Part shown: one piece after another, positions 12,401 to 24,033 of the stretch
Numbering within the stretch: the stretch's first letter is position 1
Layout: each line of letters opens with the position of its first letter
Assembly: GCA_950097015.1 (NCBI GenBank)
Contig: CATNEN010000024.1
Span: forward strand, 3,286,001-3,350,000
From: Macrostomum hystrix
Taxonomy: Eukaryota; Animalia; Platyhelminthes
DNA length: 64,000 nt
Reading direction: 5' to 3'
Notes under the pieces: generated by a model
The model's database searches: none
What the model saw: the letters and a program-made list of their open reading frames with translations, nothing else
Told to the model about the DNA's origin: nothing
Position numbers and translations under genes: made by a program

Positions 12401-12608
12401 CATGGACAAAGAGCCTATTAAAGTGTCCTTTGATTCTCGACGCGATGACCTGCCTGCTCTGACTAGCGCCATGAGCGACGGCCGCCTGCTTCTGCTGCCT
12501 GCTTTGGTGCCTTCGAATGGCGCGGTCGAGGCCGAGGTCGAGCCCGACTATGAAGATGGCTTTTGTGACTGTCCCGAACATAGCGGCTGGGAGATTGACT
12601 GCTTCTAG
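9411..12608 (+). CDS. Divergent BTB/POZ-Kelch-like protein (true start exon unresolved)
   Basis: join(9411..10087,10294..10871,11094..11329,11918..12108,12203..12608), 2088 nt, phases consistent. It has a BTB-like segment (VDRDDLVRSGGAYFAAML...LLRLAMRFQADRVLSGCCQLL) and kelch-like blades (LIVGG, LPYPVRDHCVCTDGLRLFIAGG, YLDLKTGSWSELPSLP). The frame is closed by TGA at 9378, so an upstream exon is needed. Confidence 0.75.
11330..11655 (-). mobile_element. SINE family A, full-length, forming the 5' end of BTB-Kelch intron 3
   Basis: The head at the right reads TCGGTGGTAGAGCGGTCTAACG...GAGCTCGATTCC on the minus strand. The body is conserved and the (ATT)n tail ends exactly at the exon/intron boundary at 11329/11330. 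Confidence 0.92.
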
Positions 12609-12624
12609 TGCGACTTTAGGTAGT

Positions 12625-14775
12625 GTTGTGAGCTGGGTGAGCTGTGTGAGCCGGGTGCTGGGTGAGCTGTGTGAGCTGGGTGAGCTGTGTGAGCCGGGTG
12701 CTGTGTGAGCTGGGTGAGCTGTGTGAGCCGGGTGCTGTGTGAGCTGGGTGAGCTGTGTGAGCTGGGTGAGCTGTGTGAGCCGGGTGCTGTGTGATGTGTG
12801 AGCTGAGTTCTGTGTGAGCCGGGTGCTGTGTGAGCTTGGTGAGCTGGGTGCTGTGTGAGCTGAGTGCTGTGTGAGCTGGGTGCTGTGTGAGCTGTGTGAG
12901 CTGAGTGCTGGGTGCTGTGTGAGCTGGGTGCTGGGTGCTGTGTGAGCTGGGTGCTGTGTGAGCTGTGTGAGCTGAGTGCTGGGTGCTGTGTGGGCTGGGT
13001 GCTGGGTGCTGTGTGAGCTGGGTGCTGTGTGAGCTGGGTGCTGTGTGAGCTGGGTGCTGTGTGAGCTGGGTGCTGTGTGAGCTGGGTGCTGTGTGAGCTG
13101 TGTAAGCTGAGTGCTGGGTGCTGTGTGAGCTGGGTGCTGTGTGAGCTGGGTGCTGTGTGAGCTGGGTGCTGTGTGCTCTGTGAGCTGGGTGCTGTGTGAG
13201 CTGGGTGAGCTGTGTGAGCTGGGTGAGCTGTGTGAGCTGGGTGCTGTGTGAGCTGGGTGCTGTGTGCTCTGTGAGCTGGGTGCTGTATGAGCTGGGTGCT
13301 GTGTGAGCTGTGTGCTCTGTGAGCTGGGTGCTCTGTGAGCTGGGTGCTGTGTGAGCTGGGTGCTGTGTGAGCTGTGTGCTCTGTGAGCTGGGTGCTGTGT
13401 GAGCTGGGTGCTGTGTGAGCTGAGTGCTGTGTGAGTTGAGTGCTGTGTGAGCTGGGTGCTGTGTGAGCTGTGTGAGCTGAGTGCTGGGTGCTGTGTGAGC
13501 TGTGTGAGCTGAGAACTGGGTGCTGTGTGAGCTGGGTGCTGTGTGAGCTGGGTGCTGTGTGAGCTGGGTGCTGTGTGCTCTGTGAGCTGGGTGCTGTGTG
13601 CTCTGTGAGCTGGGTGCTGTGTGAGCTGGGTGCTCTGTGAGCTGGGTGCTGTGTGAGCTGGGTGCTGTGTGAGCTGGGTGCTGTGTGCTCTGTGAGCTGG
13701 GTGCTGTGTGAGCTGGGTGCTGTGTGAGCTGGGTGCTGTGTGAGCTGGGTGCTGTGTGCTCTGTGAGCTGGGTGCTGTGTGAGCTGGGTGCTGTGTGAGC
13801 TGGGTGCTGTGTGCTCTGTGAGCTGGGTGCTGTGTGAGCTGGGTGCTGTGTGAGCTGGGTGCTGTGTGCTCTGTGAGCTGGGTGCTGTGTGAGCTGGGTG
13901 CTGTGTGAGCTGGGTGCTGTGTGCTCTGTGAGCTGGGTGCTGTGTGCTCTGTGAGCTGGGTGCTGTGTGAGCTGGGTGCTGTGTGAGCTGGGTGCTGTGT
14001 GAGCTGGGTGCTGTGTGCTCTGTGAGCTGGGTGCTGTGTGCTCTGTGAGCTGGGTGCTGTGTGAGCTGGGTGCTGTGTGAGCTGGGTGCTGTGTGCTCTG
14101 TGAGCTGGGTGCTGTGTGCTCTGTGAGCTGGGTGCTGTGAGCTGGGTGCTCTGTGAGCTGGGTGCTGTGTGAGCTGGGTGCTGTGTGAGCTGGGTGCTGT
14201 GTGCTCTGTGAGCTGGGTGCTGTGTGAGCTGGGTGCTGTGTGAGCTGGGTGCTGTGTGAGCTGGGTGCTGTGTGCTCTGTGAGCTGGGTGCTGTGTGAGC
14301 TGGGTGCTGTGTGAGCTGGGTGCTGTGTGCTCTGTGAGCTGGGTGCTGTGTGAGCTGGGTGCTGTGTGAGCTGGGTGCTGTGTGCTCTGTGAGCTGGGTG
14401 CTGTGTGAGCTGGGTGCTGTGTGAGCTGGGTGCTGTGTGCTGTGTGAGCTGGGTGCTGTGTGCTCTGTGAGCTGGGTGCTGTGTGAGCTGGGTGCTGTGT
14501 GAGCTGGGTGCTGTGTGAGCTGGGTGCTGTGTGCTCTGTGAGCTGGGTGCTGTGTGCTCTGTGAGCTGGGTGCTGTGTGAGCTGGGTGCTGTGTGAGCTG
14601 GGTGCTGTGTGCTCTGTGAGCTGGGTGCTGTGTGAGCTGGGTGCTGTGTGAGCTGGGTGCTGTGTGAGCTGGGTGCTGTGTGCTCTGTGAGCTGGGTGCT
14701 GTGTGCTCTGTGAGCTGGGTGCTGTGTGAGCTGGGTGCTGTGTGAGCTGGGTGCTCTGTGAGCTGGGTGCTGCTG
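12625..14775. repeat. 16-bp-based minisatellite starting about 17 bp after the BTB-Kelch stop codon
   Basis: GTGAGCTGGGTGCTGT with 9-bp insert variants (GTGCTCTGT), about 2.1 kb. Confidence 0.97.
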
Positions 14776-15082
14776 TGCAGGGTTTGTATTTTTTTATCCC
14801 AATTACCATTTTCTCGCAGACAGTGCTAAGCGGTTTCAATGCCATAAAATAATGTTGCTTTCGATTTTTGCAAAAAAATCCCACTGTGTCTTGATTCTGT
14901 GATGAATTGCATAGAAAATTATAATTGTAAGCGAAGTAAGTTTTAAATGCCTGCATTTCGGTGCCAAGTTTTAACTTTTCGCAATCAGCAATATTACCAA
15001 ATATTCATATTTCTGTTTCATTTCCTAAAAAACCTTTTTTAATAACAATATGAATGAGCATATGAGCAAAGTGAATGTGTGA

Positions 15083-16910
15083 TTGAGCCGCGGAGGAGGT
15101 GGCACTGGGTGGTTGAGCGAAGGTTGCACTGGGTGGTTGAGCGCAGGTGGCACTGGGTGGTTGAGTGGAGGAGGTGGCACTGGGTGGTTGAGTGGAGGTG
15201 GCACTGGGTGGTTGAGTGGAGGTGGCACTGGGTGGTTGAGTGGAGGTGGCACTGGGTGGTTGAGTGGAGGTGGCACTGGGTGGTTGAGTGGAGGTGGCAC
15301 TGGGTGGTTGAGTGGAGGAGGTGGCACTGGGTGGTTGAGTGGAGGAGGTGGCACTGGGTGGTTGAGTGGAGGTGGCACTGGGTGGTTGAGTGGAGGTGGC
15401 ACTGGGTGGTTGAGTGGAGGTGGCACTGGGTGGTTGAGTGGAGGTGGCACTGGGTGGTTGAGTGGAGGTGGCACTGGGTGGTTGAGTGGAGGAGGTGGCA
15501 CTGGGTGGTTGAGTGGAGGTGGCACTGGGTGGTTGAGTGGAGGTGGCACTGGGTGGTTGAGTGGAGGTGGCACTGGGTGGTTGAGTGGAGGAGGTGGCAC
15601 TGGGTGGTTTTCAGTGGAGGAGGAGGTGGCACTGGGTGTTTGAGTGGAGGAGGTGACACTGGGTGTTTGAGTGGAGGAGGTGGCACTGGGTGTTTGTGTG
15701 GAGGAGGTGACACTGGGTGTTTGAGTGGAGGAGGTGGCACTGGGTGTTTGAGTGGAGGAGGTGACACTGGGTGTTTGAGTGGAGGAGGAGGTGGCACTGG
15801 GTGTTTGAGTGGAGGAGGTGGCACTGGGTGGTTTTCAGTGGAGGAGGAGGTGGCACTGGGTGTTTGAGTGGAGGAGGTGACACTGGGTGTTTGAGTGGAG
15901 GAGGTGGCACTGGGTGGTTGAGTGGAGGAGGTGGCACTGGGTGTTTGAGTGGAGGAGGTGGCACTGGGTGGTTTTCAGTGGAGGAGGAGGTGGCACTGGG
16001 TGTTTGAGTGGAGGAGGAGGTGGCACTGGGTGTTTGAGTGGAGGAGGAGGTGGCACTGGGTGTTTGAGTGGAGGAGGTGGCACTGGGTGTTTGAGTGGAG
16101 GAGGAGGTGGCACTGGGTGTTTGAGTGGAGGAGGTAGCACTGGGTGTTTGAGTGGAGGAGGTGGCACTGGGTGTTTGAGTGGAGGAGGAGGTGGCACTGG
16201 GTGTTTGAGTGGAGGAGGTGGCACTGGGTGTTTGAGTGGAGGAGGAGGTGGCACTGGGTGTTTGAGTGGAGGAGGTGGCACTGGGTGTTTGAGTGGAGGA
16301 GGAGGTGGCACTGGGTGTTTGAGTGGAGGAGGTAGCACTGGGTGTTTGAGTGGAGGAGGAGGTGGCACTGGGTGTTTGAGTGGAGGAGGTGGCACTGGGT
16401 GTTTGAGTGGAGGAGGAGGTGGCACTGGGTGTTTGAGTGGAGGAGGTAGCACTGGGTGTTTGAGTGGAGGAGGTGGCACTGGGTGGTTTTCAGTGGAGGA
16501 GGAGGTGGCACTGGGTGTTTGAGTGGAGGAGGTGACACTGGGTGTTTGAGTGGAGGAGGAGGTGGCACTGGGTGTTTGAGTGGAGGAGGAGGTGGCACTG
16601 GGTGTTTGAGTGGAGGAGGTGGCACTGGGTGTTTGAGTGGAGGAGGAGGTGGCACTGGGTGTTTGAGTGGAGGAGGTAGCACTGGGTGTTTGAGTGGAGG
16701 AGGAGGTGGCACTGGGTGTTTGAGTGGAGGTGGTGGCTCTGGTTGTTTGAGTTGAGGTGGTGTCACTGGGTGTTTGAGTGGAGGAGGAGGTGGCACTGGG
16801 TGTTTGAGTGGAGGAGGTGGCACTGGGTGTTTGAGTGGAGGAGGAGGTGGCACTGGGTGTTTGAGTGTAGGAGGAGGTGGCACTGGGTGGTTGAGCGGAG
16901 GAGGTGGCGA
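15083..16910. repeat. 24/27/30-bp G-rich minisatellite
   Basis: GAGT(GGA)nGGTGGCACTGGGT(G/-)GTT. Units differ in GGA triplet number. GGTGGTT predominates on the left and GGTGTTT on the right. Confidence 0.97.
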
Positions 16911-17670
16911 TTGAGAATGGTATAGTTTGCACAGTCACTGTACCAGAACACTGTCGTCTGGCTTTCTAGTCAAGTACTGCTTATGAAATGCAGTATTTCG
17001 CATATGAGTCCTTTGGGGCAGACAACAGGTTTTCGACAGGTTGAGCTTTCATCAACATGTAGCCTTTGCAGCTGGCGAATTTGGTCGCCCTGGCTTATAC
17101 ATAATTTTGAACCAGTGTATCGTTCTCCATTTATTATTGCTACTTTGCAATTGCATTCTAATGCCAGCTATTAAGCAGAAAATAGGCATTGTTGCTTAAA
17201 GAAATTGTCGCGGTGTTGACGCGCAACAACTCATTGCGCACTTTGCTGTCATTGCTTCTACCTGGACGAATTGCCTGTTTATTGAAGCAATTTTCTATCG
17301 CCCGACTGTTTTGTTATTTATAAATGGCAGCAATATTCAGAATTCATTAAATATGAATATTGATTCCAGTTAAATATTCTGCGACGAAAGTTTTGAGCAG
17401 GAATAATCCTTTGTTGCTAGGACTAGTGCCGAGTTTTAAAAAACTATTTTGCCTAATTAAGTGTGAGATATTGGACCAGGCTAGTTGATATTTTAAGGTC
17501 TACAGCGCAACCAGGGTCTAGTTTCGCAATTTATTCGTTGCTATGCAGAGCTGAGTCTCTCCGTCTCTCCGAGGCAGAAATTTCGCATAGCGATTCTCAA
17601 ACGAGGCACAAGCACTAAAAAGCTGTTGGATTTGCAAATCTGAGAGCAGCCGAAAAAGCATCAGCCGACA

Positions 17671-20344
17671 ATGAGGCGACCAACGGACGCAACCCTGACT
17701 AGCCAGCGCTTGAACGGAGGCCCCGGCGGCTCCATGGTTGGGCCTGGCAACGGTGCCAATTCAAAGCAGAAGCGAATGTCGCTGAACAGGCCCGAGAATT
17801 TCAGCAATCTGGCCTGCTACTATGCAATGCTGGTCACCTTGTGCGGCCTGGTGCTGACCATCTGCGTACTGGAGCACAACGGCAACTCCAGGTTCAGCCA
17901 AGTGGCGCAGTGGACTCAGCTCATCTTCTTTCTGCTCGTGCTCACAGGTAGCCTTTTTGGAAGTTCTCCTGCGTGCTGTTTCTTTATGACGGCTGAGCAT
18001 TCTCATCACAGGTTTTGATGGTTTGTGCTCACAGGTGTGATGGTTTGTGCTCACAGGTGTGATGATCTATGCTCAAAGGCGTGATGGTCTGTGCTCACAG
18101 GTTTTGATTGTTTGTGCTCACAGGTGTGATGGTCTGTGCTCACAGGTTTTGATGATCTGTACACACAGGTTTCGAAGATTCGAACTCCCGACCTCTCGGT
18201 TGAGTTTCTCTGTAATTTTAACCTGCCCCGCCCTGAAATATTTAGTGGCTCTGGCCTTCCTGTTGTGGCTGATGGGTCACGTGATGCGCCTGCCACCCCA
18301 GTCGGTGCCGCAGCATCAAATTCAAGAATTCCGCGGCCGCGCCAATTCAATCTCGGTGAGCGCCGGCACAATCCAGGCAGCAAGTTACAGGCGCAACTCG
18401 GACGAACTGCACGAGTACGACAACTTTCGCGACCCCAAGGTGTACACGGTGCCCGAGGTCAGCCAGGAGGAGGAGGAGCGCGGTGATCGGACCAGCGACG
18501 AAGAAGCTGAAGGCGAAACTGCCGGCGACGGTGGCGTCAAGGAAGTCAGCGCTGGGGGTGTTGGCAACGCCGCTTACGCTGTTGATGACGTAACTTCGGA
18601 TCCAAAATCAGCTTCAGCTGCACCATTGGCAGTCGCCGAGTCTTCTTCGACATCGGCTTCTAGTACAGCGACCACAGCGACTGACCTGACTGTCGAACAG
18701 TCGAAGCCGGCTCCCGTGGCGTCGTCTAAGCGGCTGAAAATGCAGCTGCCGAAGCCGCGGTCGATCTTCTCTGCGTCAACTGCGCGCCAGTCAGAGCAGC
18801 AGCAGCAGCGCAAGCACCGCCTGAACACCATCACAATCAACAGCGCGCTGCACCTGCACATCACCGAGATTCCGCCCTACACGGTGCTGACTAAAGGCGA
18901 GGCTCACTCGCCGTCCTTCTTCCTGCGCATCGCCGCAATCGTCTTCGGCTGCGCCGGCATAGTCAACATGCTGGTCAAAGCTGTGGACGCCTCGCTGCAT
19001 CTGGTCAAATCCAGTAGCCAAGCCCTGGAGGTGTTCACCATTTTGCGCTGTCTTATCAACGTGGCCTTCAACGCGGTACAGACCTTCTTCTTGTTCAAGT
19101 ACAGCAAGATCTCCCTGGCTTACAGACAGCGGTCATGCCTGTTCGGCCTCATGCACCTGCTAGCCACCAACCTTTGCCTGTGGATCGGCGACCTAGGCGA
19201 GGAAAAGTTGCACAAGTACAACAAGCTGCACAGCGGCGCCAGCAATGTGACCGGCTCGGACAAGACTCACGGCGGCCTGTCCGCCATCATGGCGCCCTAC
19301 CTGTACCCGTTCAACATTGAGTACAGTCTGATGGCCGCATTCTTCTGTCACGCCCTGTTTCGCAATGTTGGCACCTTCATTAGCCTGCTGGAGGGCCGGG
19401 GCCTCCTAGTCCAACGCAAGAGCCTGTCGCTACGGAATCGAACCAAGACCCGTTTCAGCGTGACGTGTCACAAGTCCACCAAAGGCCTGCTGATAGGCAT
19501 GGGGCTGGTGCTGGCCATTGTCTGTGTATCCGCATACGTACTCAACCTGGAACAGGTGAGTGATCAGAAATATTACGCCGGACAGACTGAGAAGCGTCTG
19601 ATTATTTCTAGCTCGATGCTGACGCTCCAGAGCATCCTACTAGCCATGGTCATTCCCGTGGTTGTTGCAGTCCGGAGACTGCCCCCGGTGCCGAAGAGTC
19701 AACAAGATCCAGGTAGCTACAGGTGTGGACTTTCTGGATGATAATAGACTCTTGATTATTGCATATTTACCTGCACCGCAGGTCATCCTGACTGTGGCGG
19801 AGCCGGCACCGCAGCTGACAAGCTGATGCTGCAGCTAGGCCTATCAGCAGTGCTGGTGTCCCAGCTCTATGTCATTATGGAGGTGGCCGCCACTGCCAGC
19901 CTAAATCAGCCGGTACTGGACCAGGCCGCGCACGCGATTCGAGTCCTTGAAGCTCTGGCCATCATGGTCCAGAGCTCTCTGCAGGTTCTTGTCCTGGATT
20001 TGGGCCTTGACCTCAGCTCTCACCTAACACCTCGGATTAGCCAAGGTCTGGTGACGGCCCTCATACCCGCTAACCTGGCCGTGTGGGTTTTCTACACCCT
20101 GACTGGCCCTGTGAGCACCCAGGACCAGTCTGAGACCAGTAGGGTGATCTCAGCGCTCTGCCTGCCCGTTGCCATCTTCTTCCGCTTCCACTCTGTGGGC
20201 TGCTTCGCCGAATTATGGAAGCTGTTGCAGCGGGCCAGCGAAAATGAAGAGGCCGCGATTGAGGCCAGCTACAAAGGCGGCTTTCCGCTTTCAACAATGA
20301 CCGGAGCTGGCAGGATCAGAAGCAGTCGGGACTCTATGGCATGA
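17671..20344 (+). CDS. OTOP: Otopetrin-family proton channel, 3 exons, 768 aa
   Basis: join(17671..17947,18246..19712,19782..20344), 2307 nt, in frame. It has multiple transmembrane stretches and the otopetrin signatures FFLRIAAIVFG, FGLMHLLATNLCLW, YLYPFNIEYSL and FFRFHS. Confidence 0.88.
18005..18170. repeat. Imperfect about 21-23-bp repeats in OTOP intron 1 that copy the exon 1 junction
   Basis: GTGCTCACAGGT occurs at the real junction (17938-17949) and five more times between 18025 and 18147, with degenerate CACAGGT copies on either side. Confidence 0.9.
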
Positions 20345-20409
20345 ATGCATGCGCTAAGGCGAGAAAGCTGCTTTGTTGGCATCGAGTGTTGTGTTCGAGT
20401 CGAAAGTGT

Positions 20410-20825
20410 CAAGGGGTGAGGTTGGTGTGGCAGGGGGTGAGGTTGATGTTGTAGGGAATGAGGTTGGTGTGGCATGGAGTGAGGTTGGTGTCTAAAGTGG
20501 AAGGAGTGAGGTTGGTGTCTAAAGTGGAAGGAGTGAGGTTGGTGTCTAAAGTGGAAGGGAGTGAGGTTGGTGTCGAAAGTTGATGGGAGTGAGGTTGGTG
20601 TCGAAAGTTGATGGGAGTGAGGTTGGTGTCTAAAGTGGAAGGAGTGAGGTTGGTGTCTAAAGTGGAAGGAGTGAGGTTGGTGTCTAAAGTGGAAGGGAGT
20701 GAGGTTGGTGTCGAAAGTTGATGGGAGTGAGGTTGGTGTCGAAAGTTGATGGGAGTGAGGTTGGTGTCGAAAGTTGATGGGAGTGAGGTTGGTGTCTAAA
20801 GTGGCAGGGAGTGAGATTGGTGAGT
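20410..20825. repeat. 27/28-bp minisatellite after the OTOP stop codon
   Basis: Unit GAGTGAGGTTGGTGTC(T/G)AAAGT(G/T)GA(A/T)G(G), about 14 copies. Confidence 0.93.
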
Positions 20826-21779
20826 GAGATTATGTCTTCAGTTTCAAATATTGAGGAGGGTGTCTTTTCAATGGCATGGGGTGAGATATCCTTTTGATCA
20901 GCTGTCCTTAAATAATTTGACTGTTAAAATAACTCTTTTTGTTTGGTTTTAAATATTTGAAAGTATATTTTTTGATGAAGCAAGTCTCTAGACGCTAAGT
21001 GTTTTTTGCAACTGACATAACTTGCAATATTCCTATTATTGTACTCAAAGCAGTCAGCATCAAACGCTCAAACTTTCTTTCTGGTTACTACCGACTAGAT
21101 TTTTTCGTTTTTCTAAAGTGAATTTTGTCACTAACTTCGCCTTAAAATGTTAATTTCGTTGAAATTGTTAATCACATTTTAGTATTCTCGTGAAATTACT
21201 TGTACCTCTTCACTTTGCTACTTACAAAAGTTATGAGTAGTAGCATGCTGATTTTAAGCACACAATCATATGGCACGGCTTAAATAATATCTTACTTTTA
21301 GTATTACACCGCTTGATTGAAATAAATAGCAAATTCTAGTTTAGTTGAGTTAAGCATGAGCATATGATAGATAAATGATTTATCAATAGAACCTGCTGTG
21401 TACCTTCACAAGCATAAGTTATTCTAAAGAAATTACTCGTATATTATCAATAACCTTCCTGATAAAAATGAGTAACAAACTATTTGATACTTCAAACTCT
21501 CAAGAGTCAGTATTCACACTAGGAAGCATCAGTGTTAGATACAGAGCCAGTTACCACAGCAACGCAAATCATGCAGCAATCAGTTGGTCATTACGGATTT
21601 GTTGAAAATGGTCATTCAAGAGTAACAAGAACAAGCTAGCAAAATATCCGTTTAGAAATATCGAATTTCGAATATTGTGTGTTGGCATTGTTACGATTAG
21701 CATAACAAAATAATTTTACCATAGTTTACTTGTAAGATTGTTGGGTTCTCTGAAATATTGGAAATTTTCATGGGTGGGT

Positions 21780-21948
21780 TTCAGAGCGGTCTAACGCTTT
21801 TGCCTCTTGCGCCAAGGTCCCTGAGCTCGATTCCGCTCATATTCATGTTCATATTTTTTCAGGGCTTGTTGTGCAATCTAGGCTTTTAATTGTAGATGTC
21901 ATGGGAGACATACACACCTGTGTGCGTGTGTGTTCAGGGGTCAGCGAA
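21780..21948 (+). mobile_element. SINE family A, internally deleted and 3'-truncated copy
   Basis: CAGAGCGGTCTAACGC...CCAAGGTCCCTGAGCTCGATTCCGC, then GGGCTTGTTGTGCAAT and GTGTGCGTGTGTGTTCAGGGGTCAGCGAA. Confidence 0.8.
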
Positions 21949-21950
21949 TC

Positions 21951-21998
21951 GGTTAGGGTTAGGGTTAGGGTTAGGGTTAGGGTTAGGGTTACGGTTAG
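21951..21998 (+). repeat. Interstitial telomeric repeat (TTAGGG)n
   Basis: Six perfect TTAGGG units followed by TTACGGTTAG. Confidence 0.95.
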
Positions 21999-22499
21999 CC
22001 TAATTTTCAAGCTAAGGTCGAATCGGGATTTCTTGATAGTTCTAAAAGTCGATTGCTTGGTATTAGTCAGTCTCCAGTTTCATCCCTGATTAAAAATGTT
22101 TGCAAGCATCGGAAAATCTTTTTAAACTTGAAATTCTTATAGAGGGGCTGGAGTCCTTGATTCACTGCTGCATGATTTTGCTACATTGCGGAGCCCAGGA
22201 GAAATCGAGGGAGAGATCTTAGAAGGAGGAAGGCTGGAAAGAGTAAAGTGGGCTAATATACTTCATCAGATTGCTTGCACCGAGGGAAGCAAGTGTGCCT
22301 GCACTTGGAGTTACCTACCAAAAGAGCTTCTTGAGAAAAAAGTTGCAACACCCGCTGCCCTGTGTGTAGCTTTTGATTTTTTTAATTGGCTAATTTCAAA
22401 TTTCACCTCGAGATCTACTCGCTAAAACTTAACCTTACTTCTGTTTTAGTAATCTGCACTAAAGTTACTCACAGTTAAACTTCGCCTAACATATAATAT

Positions 22500-23960
22500 T
22501 GACGAACTGACAAGATCGACGAACTGACAAGATCGATGAACTGAAAGATCGACGAACTGAAAGATCGACGAACTGACAAGATCGACGAACTGACAAGATC
22601 GACGAACTGACAGGATCAACGAACTGAAAGATCGACGAACTGACAAGATCGACGAACTGACAAGATCGACGAACTGACAAGATCGACGAACTGACAGGAT
22701 CAACGAACTGAAAGATCGACGAACTGACAAGATCGACGAACTGACAAGATCGACGAACTGACAAGATCAACGAACTGACAAGATCAACGAACTGAAAGAT
22801 CGACGAACTGACAAGATCGACGAACTGACAAGATCGACGAACTGAAAGATCGACGAACTGACAGGATCAACGAACTGAAAGATCGACGAACTGACAAGAT
22901 CGACGAACTGACAAGATCAACGAACTGAAAGATCGACGAACTGACAAGATCAACGAACTGAAAGATCGACGAACTGACAAGATCGACGAACTGACAAGAT
23001 CGACGAACTGAAAGATCGACGAACTGAAAGATCGACGAACTGAAAGATCGACGAACTGACAAGATCGACGAACTGAAAGATCGACGAACTGAAAGATCGA
23101 CGAACTGAAAGATCGACGAACTGAAAGATCGACGAACTGACAAGATCAACGAACTAACAGTATCGACAAATTGACAATCTCGACGAACTGAAAATATCGA
23201 CGAATCGGGAATATGGTCACAATGACATTCTAAAAATGACTCTGGAGAATTTCTTCACAGGTGAATGAGTCTATGCTCAACTCTGCTGGTTAGAGCTGTT
23301 CAAGATCGACGAACTGACAAGATCGATGAACTGAAAGATCGACGAACTGAAAGATCGACGAACTGACAAGATCGACGAACTGACAAGATCGACGAACTGA
23401 CAGGATCAACGAACTGAAAGATCGACGAACTGACAAGATCGACGAACTGACAAGATCGACGAACTGACAAGATCGACGAACTGACAGGATCAACGAACTG
23501 AAAGATCGACGAACTGACAAGATCGACGAACTGACAAGATCGACGAACTGACAAGATCAACGAACTGACAAGATCAACGAACTGAAAGATCGACGAACTG
23601 ACAAGATCGACGAACTGACAAGATCGACGAACTGAAAGATCGACGAACTGACAGGATCAACGAACTGAAAGATCGACGAACTGACAAGATCGACGAACTG
23701 ACAAGATCAACGAACTGAAAGATCGACGAACTGACAGGATCAACGAACTGAAAGATCGACGAACTGACAAGATCGACGAACTGACAAGATCGACGAACTG
23801 AAAGATCGACGAACTGAAAGATCGACGAACTGAAAGATCGACGAACTGAAAGATCGACGAACTGAAAGATCGACGAACTGAAAGATCGACGAACTGACAA
23901 GATCAACGAACTAACAGTATCGACAAATTGACAATCTCGACGAACTGAAAATATCGACGA
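22500..23960. repeat. 16/17-bp minisatellite in two blocks (part of a segmental tandem duplication)
   Basis: Unit AAGATCGACGAACTGA(C). The blocks 22500-23200 and 23302-23960 are each followed by the same unique segment of about 120 bp. Confidence 0.97.
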
Positions 23961-24033
23961 ATCGGGAATATGGTCACAATGACATTCTAAAAATGACTCT
24001 GGAGAATTTCTTCACAGGTGAATGAGTCTATGC

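Noticed and set aside
12605-14956. 783-aa minus-strand ORF
   Set aside because: It is the stop-free C/A-rich strand of a minisatellite. Unit lengths are not multiples of 3, so the peptide pattern drifts between frames.
15025-16951. Pro-rich and Gly-rich ORFs on both strands
   Set aside because: They are open in several frames only because of repeat composition. There is no unique domain or splice support.
18047-18245. N-terminal part of the 564-aa ORF as OTOP coding sequence
   Set aside because: It is repeat-derived intron sequence. The phase-compatible acceptor is TTTAG at 18245; the CAG at 18168 would give an early stop.
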